This document shows, in pieces, positions 6,218 to 10,878 of a stretch of 10,878 nt of DNA. The number at the start of each line of letters is the position of its first letter. Position 1 is the stretch's first letter. The position numbers were made by a program, and so were the translations under genes. The notes under the pieces are model-generated. The model saw only the letters and a program-made list of their open reading frames with translations, was not told the DNA's origin and did no database searches. Source of the DNA: Calditrichia bacterium (lineage in GTDB: Bacteria > Calditrichota > Calditrichia > RBG-13-44-9); the NCBI GenBank assembly GCA_037381445.1, contig JARRQT010000103.1, forward strand, positions 1 to 10,878, in the 5' to 3' direction.

Positions 6218-9200
6218 TTATTGTGCTGCCTGTTCTTCTTTTTTGGAACCCCATTTCTGTTCGAAAAGGGAATAGACCACCGGGATCAGCACCAGCGTGA
6301 TGAGGGTGGAACTGAGCAGACCGCCGATGACCACCCGCGCCAGCGGGGCCTGGGTTTCGCCGCCTTCTCCCAGACCAAAGGAAAGGGGCAGCAGACCGAG
6401 CGCAGTAGTCAGGGTTGTCATCAGAATGGGACGAAGTCTGCGCGAGCCGGCCAGCCGGATGGCTTCAAAAAGCGGCATTCCGTCGTTGCGCCGCAGCTGG
6501 TTGGTATAATCCACCAGCAGAATGGCGTTGTTCACCACAATTCCCGCCAGCATAATACAGCCAATAAAGGCCTGCATACTGAAAGTGGTCCCGGTCAGTA
6601 TCATGGTGAAGACAATGCCGATGATGGCCATGGGAATGGAAAACAGCACCACCAGCGGATCGCGGAAGGATTCGAACTGTCCTGCCATCACCATATAAAC
6701 CAGAAAGATGGCCAGGATGAGACCCATCAGCAGTTCGCCGAAGGCCTTCTGCTGCTCTTCATAATCGCCGCCGAACAGAATAACAAAATCTTTTGGCACC
6801 GGCACCGAACGAAGCTGTTTGCGGATATCGCTTATCACCGACCCCATATCGCGCCCGGTAAAGTTGGCCTCAATGGTGATGATGCGCTCCTGATCCTTTC
6901 TTTCCAGCCGCACCGGCCCTTCCTGGTGGACCGCCTCAACCACGTTGCGCAGCACCACCGGCTGTCCGCGGTCATTGAGCACTGTGAGGTCCAGCAGCTC
7001 ATTCAGATCTTTGCGGTCTTCTTCGCTGAGGCGCACCAGAATGCGGTACTGCTTGCCCGCTTCCCGGTAATAGGATGCCAGGGTGCCGCCGATGGCGGTC
7101 TGCAGCGCGTCACCGATGCGGGAAACGCCCAGGCCCAGATCGGCCGCTTTCTGGCGGTCGATGCGGATGACCTGCTCCGGACTGCCTTCTTCCCGGCTGA
7201 TTTTGGTATCGGTAATACCGGGCACTTTTTGAATCACTTCATTTACCCGCTGAGCCAGCAGATGGGCGGTTTCCAGGTCATAACCCCGGATTTCCACATC
7301 CACAGCGTTGGCGGAGGTGGTTCCTATTCTCAGCAGAAAAAGTCCCTGTCCGGCACGGGTGCGAATGGTGACGCCCGGCAGGCCGCTGAGCTTCCTGCGC
7401 AGGTCGTTGGCAATCTCTTCACTGCTGCGGCTGCGCTGGCTGCGCGGCACCAGCGTAACGCGTACTTCAGCATTATGACCGCCCTCGCCATGATGACCGC
7501 CGCCGATAAAGGAAAGCATGGAGACTTCCTCAGGCACTTCCCGGCGGACGATCTCTTCCACGGTATGGGTCGTCTGGTCCATCACTTCCAGCCGGGTGCC
7601 CACCGCCATTTCCAGATTGACCCGCACCTCGCCTTCATCCGCCGGGGGCATCAATTCCACGCCGATGAAACGGATGAGGAAAAAAGAGAACAGGAAAAGA
7701 CCGGCCACAGAAACCAATACCGTTTTGCGATGAGACAGGGCCCATTCAAGTATTTTTGAATAGCGTTCATCCACACGATGCAGGGCGGCTTCGCTGGATG
7801 CATAAATTTTATGGAGACGATTCTCTCCCTGTGAATGCTGCGAGGGCTGGTAGCGCATGAAACGCGAAGCGAGCATGGGGATGAGCGTGAGCGCCACGAT
7901 CAACGAGCAGAGCAAGGAGAAGCTGACCACATAGGCCATCTGCTGGAACATGATCCCGGACATCCCGCGGATGAACACCACCGGGAAGAAGACCACCAGG
8001 GTGGTCAGGGTGCTGGCGACGATGGCGGACCAGACCTCTTTGGTGCCGTTCATGGCGCTGATAATATTGTTCTCTCCGGACTCGCGGTGACGGTAAATAT
8101 TCTCGAGCACCACGATGGCGTTATCCACCAGCATACCGATTCCCAGCGCCAGTCCGCCAAAGGTGACGATATTGAGCGTGAAGCCGCCGAAATACATCAG
8201 TCCGAAGGTGGCGACAATGGAAATGGGAATGGCGGTGGAAATGATGAGGGTGCTGGATAGATTGCGTAGAAAAAGGAACAGGATGAGGACCGCCAGCAAT
8301 CCGCCGAGTATGGTGGCATTCCCCACATTGCTGATGGACCGTTTAATGTAAATGGAAGTATCGATGAGCGGCACGATTTTGAGCTGGGGAATGTCCCGGT
8401 TAATACGCTCGATTTCCTTGCGCACGCCTTCGGCCACATTCACCGTATTGGCGCCGGATTGTTTGCTTACCGTGATGCGCAGGCCGGGTTTCCCGTCAAT
8501 GCGCACCAGCTGGCGGACTTCCTCCCAGGAATCCCGCACATCGGCAACATCTTTGATCTGTATCAGCGTTCCATTATGGGTGGTGACCACCGTATTACGG
8601 ATTTCATTCAGGTTTTTATATTCTCCCTGGGTGCGGACCAGCACCTCCAGGTTTCCCTTATCGTAAAGTCCGGCGGGCACATTGCGGTTTTCATTTTTCA
8701 GGGCATTCAGCACCATGTCGGTGGATATCCCCAGCGCCTTGAGCTGGGCGGCATGCAGGTCCACATGGATTTCACGGTAGAGCCCGCCGCGGATATCGAT
8801 GGATGCCACCCCGGGCACCCGTTCCAGACGGTATTTTACCTGGTCTTCCACCATTTGGCGCAGGTCCAGCGGACTGAGGCTGCCGGATACGCCGAGGAAC
8901 ATCACCGGGAAAGCGGACAGGTCGAATTTGCGGATCTGCGGCCGTTCGATGTCTTCCGGCAGGCGGCCGAGCACGCGGTCGATGCGGTCGCGGATATCAT
9001 TGGCCGCCACATCCAGATCGGTGCCCCAGGTAAAGGAAACCCGCACCTGGCTCTGGCCTTCCGATGAGGTGGAAGTGATTTCTTCCACACCCTGCACCGC
9101 CGCCAGCGCCTCTTCGATGGGCCGGGAAACTGACTCTTCCATCTCCTCCGGCCCCACATTTCCGTAGGTTGTCACCACGGAAATGGTGGGATAGGTGATT

Positions 9201-9316
9201 TCCGGCATCAGGTCGATTGACAGGCGGCTCAGCGAAACAAGGCCGAGGGTAATAATCACCAGAAAAATGATGCCGGTGAGAATCGGGCGCTGGATGGGTC
9301 CTTTGGCGATATTCAT
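6218..9316 (-). CDS. RND efflux permease, AcrB/AcrD/AcrF family (SwrC/MdtC-like)
   Basis: 1032 aa. IQRPI N-terminus, [14 protein letters not shown]4 [26 protein letters not shown]10 [15 protein letters not shown]11 [26 protein letters not shown] overlap with the MFP gene. Confidence 0.97.
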   Translation of the reverse strand: MNIAKGPIQRPILTGIIFLVIITLGLVSLSRLSIDLMPEITYPTISVVTTYGNVGPEEMEESVSRPIEEALAAVQGVEEITSTSSEGQSQVRVSFTWGTDLDVAANDIRDRIDRVLGRLPEDIERPQIRKFDLSAFPVMFLGVSGSLSPLDLRQMVEDQVKYRLERVPGVASIDIRGGLYREIHVDLHAAQLKALGISTDMVLNALKNENRNVPAGLYDKGNLEVLVRTQGEYKNLNEIRNTVVTTHNGTLIQIKDVADVRDSWEEVRQLVRIDGKPGLRITVSKQSGANTVNVAEGVRKEIERINRDIPQLKIVPLIDTSIYIKRSISNVGNATILGGLLAVLILFLFLRNLSSTLIISTAIPISIVATFGLMYFGGFTLNIVTFGGLALGIGMLVDNAIVVLENIYRHRESGENNIISAMNGTKEVWSAIVASTLTTLVVFFPVVFIRGMSGIMFQQMAYVVSFSLLCSLIVALTLIPMLASRFMRYQPSQHSQGENRLHKIYASSEAALHRVDERYSKILEWALSHRKTVLVSVAGLFLFSFFLIRFIGVELMPPADEGEVRVNLEMAVGTRLEVMDQTTHTVEEIVRREVPEEVSMLSFIGGGHHGEGGHNAEVRVTLVPRSQRSRSSEEIANDLRRKLSGLPGVTIRTRAGQGLFLLRIGTTSANAVDVEIRGYDLETAHLLAQRVNEVIQKVPGITDTKISREEGSPEQVIRIDRQKAADLGLGVSRIGDALQTAIGGTLASYYREAGKQYRILVRLSEEDRKDLNELLDLTVLNDRGQPVVLRNVVEAVHQEGPVRLERKDQERIITIEANFTGRDMGSVISDIRKQLRSVPVPKDFVILFGGDYEEQQKAFGELLMGLILAIFLVYMVMAGQFESFRDPLVVLFSIPMAIIGIVFTMILTGTTFSMQAFIGCIMLAGIVVNNAILLVDYTNQLRRNDGMPLFEAIRLAGSRRLRPILMTTLTTALGLLPLSFGLGEGGETQAPLARVVIGGLLSSTLITLVLIPVVYSLFEQKWGSKKEEQAAQ

Positions 9317-10509
9317 GGGCGGCCCCGCTTTCCGGCCTCTGCGGCGGATTCAGTGCTTTTCCCGCTGCCGGCTTTGGGCAGGAGCAGGGGACTGCCTTCT
9401 TCCAGCAGATGCTGTCCGAGGGTGATCACCCGGCCCTGCAGTATAGGGGAGGTAATTTCCGTAAAGTCTGCAGTCGTGATGCCGGGTTTTACCGGGAAAT
9501 AACGTGCCACATTTTCGCCCTGCCGAACTATGAAAATGCCGGTTTCGCCTTCACGGGTTATTACTGCCTTGCTGGGGACAATCTGGGCGCTGTCTCTTTC
9601 GGATGTCACGACTTCCACGCGCGCGAACATTCCCGGTTTCAACTGACGGGACTTGTTGGCAATACCCACTTCCATCTGGGCGACGCGGGAGGCTTCCTGC
9701 AGCATGGGGGCAATGCGCAGCACGGAGCCGGAAAAGCGCTGATCGGGGAACGCGTCCACATTGACCGTGGCCATCTGTCCCTTCTGAATGCTGCCGTAAT
9801 CACGCTCAATGATGGTGGTCCGCACCAGCACCGAATCGATTCCCAGAACGGTAACCACAGCGGCATTGGGGGCAAGCAGGGCGCCCTCATCCACAAAACG
9901 TTCGCCGATAAATCCCGCCTTTGATGCGGTCAGAACGGTGTAACCGAGACGTATCCGGGCGGACTTCAGGGAAGCTTCACGCTGTTCCACCTGCGCCTTG
10001 GCCAGGTGGTAGCGCGATTCCTGCGCGGTATAATTGGATACAGCGGCATCCAGCTCGGAAGGCGAGGCGATGCCCTTAGCCTGCAGGGATTCAACGCGTT
10101 CTTTCTCCTGGCCGGCCAGCTCGAACTGGCTGAGGGATTCGGTCAGGGAAGCGCGGGCGATTTTCAGGTTGGCCTCGGCCTCGCGCACCGCCTGCTGATA
10201 TTCCGCATCATCAATGCGGGCAATAATTTCCCCGCTGTTGACCCAATCGCCGATTCGCTTGCGGATTTCAATGATTCGCCCGGTGACTTTGGGGGCCACC
10301 ACATACTGGTATTCTGGAAAAACCGTCCCTGTGAACTGTTTGATATCGCGGATAGGCCCATAGCGGACGCTGTCCACCTCCACCGCAACGGGAGGGCGGG
10401 CGAATTTCCCTTTTCCCTTTTCACCGCCCGGAGACAGAAGCGCGTATATCCGCCAGAGAAAAAACAGGGCGACCAAAACCCCGATGCCAATAAAAAATTT
10501 CTTCTTCAT
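9313..10509 (-). CDS. RND periplasmic adaptor subunit (membrane fusion protein), 398 aa
   Basis: Start moved from GTG 10608 to ATG 10509: AAGGA 7 nt upstream, then MKKKFFIGIGVLVALFFLW signal anchor. Lipoyl half-motifs VAPKVTGRI..IGDWVNSGEIIARID, coiled hairpin, LKPGMFARV, IVPSKAV. Confidence 0.95.
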   Translation of the reverse strand: MKKKFFIGIGVLVALFFLWRIYALLSPGGEKGKGKFARPPVAVEVDSVRYGPIRDIKQFTGTVFPEYQYVVAPKVTGRIIEIRKRIGDWVNSGEIIARIDDAEYQQAVREAEANLKIARASLTESLSQFELAGQEKERVESLQAKGIASPSELDAAVSNYTAQESRYHLAKAQVEQREASLKSARIRLGYTVLTASKAGFIGERFVDEGALLAPNAAVVTVLGIDSVLVRTTIIERDYGSIQKGQMATVNVDAFPDQRFSGSVLRIAPMLQEASRVAQMEVGIANKSRQLKPGMFARVEVVTSERDSAQIVPSKAVITREGETGIFIVRQGENVARYFPVKPGITTADFTEITSPILQGRVITLGQHLLEEGSPLLLPKAGSGKSTESAAEAGKRGRP

Positions 10510-10553
10510 GCCGTAATCCTTAAAAAATATGTTGCTGTGATTCTCAACTGCAT
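10506..10553 (-). CDS. Candidate leader peptide MQLRITATYFLRITA (15 aa) overlapping the MFP start codon
   Basis: ATG 10553 to TGA 10506; the stop overlaps the MFP ATG (ATGA). Internal LRITA repeat with only synonymous differences. SD is poor (GGGA abuts the ATG), so translation is unproven. Confidence 0.35.
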   Translation of the reverse strand: MQLRITATYFLRITA

Positions 10554-10554
10554 T

Positions 10555-10595
10555 CCCGCGGATCGTCAGATTGCGGGTACCCGGAATTCCTCCGG
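10555..10595 (-). promoter_or_regulatory. Two adjacent GC-rich hairpins in the efflux operon leader
   Basis: CCCGC (10555-10559) / GCGGG (10573-10577) with inner ATC/GAT pairs. CCGGA (10581-10585) / TCCGG (10591-10595) with a GGAAU loop on the minus strand. Confidence 0.35.
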
Positions 10596-10675
10596 ATTTA
10601 GTAAACACAAGAAGCGCCGGTTTATTGTGAATTGATGCAAATTCTGTTTGATTTAATGACTATGTTTCCGGATTG

Positions 10676-10707
10676 ACACGTCTATATGGTCTTTTTTCAA
10701 CACGTCT
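10676..10707. repeat. Direct repeat ACACGTCT x2, 24-bp period, candidate regulator site
   Basis: Exact 8-mers at 10676-10683 and 10700-10707, about 170-200 nt upstream of the MFP start. Confidence 0.4.
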
Positions 10708-10748
10708 TAATCAAATTTCTGCCGTGAACGACGGCGCCCCGCAGGAAA

Positions 10749-10878
10749 TTACCGGAAAGCTTCCCGATGATAATATTCCAATGCAAATTGCAGGTAAAAA
10801 ATAAGTATTTTGCCTTCTTTCTCCGGATTATTCTTCCTGAAAACCAGTTGGCAAACCGGATCATATTCGCGGTCCGCC
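10749..10878 (-). CDS. Possible 3' end of an upstream gene (…ADREYDPVCQLVFRKNNPEKEGKILIFYLQFALEYYHREAFR*)
   Basis: 42 open codons from the right edge to TAA at 10749-10751, followed by a small hairpin GCCGT/ACGGC (10721-10735). Other frames are also open here, so the frame is uncertain. Confidence 0.25.
   Translation of the reverse strand, partial: ADREYDPVCQLVFRKNNPEKEGKILIFYLQFALEYYHREAFR

Noticed and set aside
5990..7759. 589-aa plus-strand ORF, and similar ORFs at 7835-8260 and 8459-9067
   Set aside because: All are in exact antisense codon register with the RND gene. They stay open because TTA/CTA/TCA codons are rare in a GC-rich gene. The His/Gln/Asp-rich composition is typical of a shadow ORF.
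10510..10608. 33-aa N-terminal extension of the MFP from GTG 10608
   Set aside because: No SD at 10608, whereas ATG 10509 has AAGGA and gives a standard basic-plus-hydrophobic signal anchor.
10006..10635. 209-aa plus-strand ORF, and 9409-9924
   Set aside because: Antisense shadows of the MFP gene with no recognisable fold. The AVIL-AVIL repeat in the 209-aa ORF is the same DNA repeat as the leader ORF, read on the other strand.
10673..10678. Perfect TTGACA on the plus strand
   Set aside because: No -10 element at 16-18 nt spacing and no supported plus-strand gene.
10790..10865. DPVC motif suggesting a YHS/TRASH domain at the right edge
   Set aside because: The downstream YxFCS motif is missing in frame, and the fragment is too short to call.

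Overview
All well-supported genes in this window are on the minus strand. In transcription order they are: a tripartite RND efflux operon (MFP 9313-10509, RND permease 6218-9316, TolC-family channel 4654-6195); a 458-bp AT-rich spacer; a coupled pair of a 618-aa multidomain lipoprotein (Ig/FN3-like plus beta-propeller-like) and a ~238-aa outer-membrane beta-barrel; a DinB/YfiT-family metalloprotein (972-1487); and a second lipoprotein (start 698) that runs off the left edge and is missing from the ORF track. The host is a diderm that uses Shine-Dalgarno motifs. An FCB-related, non-Bacteroidia lineage is my inference only. I found no rRNA, tRNA, CRISPR array or mobile element. The most notable signals are: (1) a 15-codon leader ORF, MQLRITATYFLRITA, whose stop overlaps the efflux operon start and whose LRITA repeat differs only at synonymous wobble positions; (2) an RND with a His/Glu-rich loop at the AcrB switch-loop position and Asn replacing both the D408 and K940 equivalents; (3) the uncharacterised lipoprotein + barrel pair; (4) enrichment of the Bacteroidota O-glycosylation sequon in exported proteins. 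All family calls come from motif recognition by eye, not from database searches.
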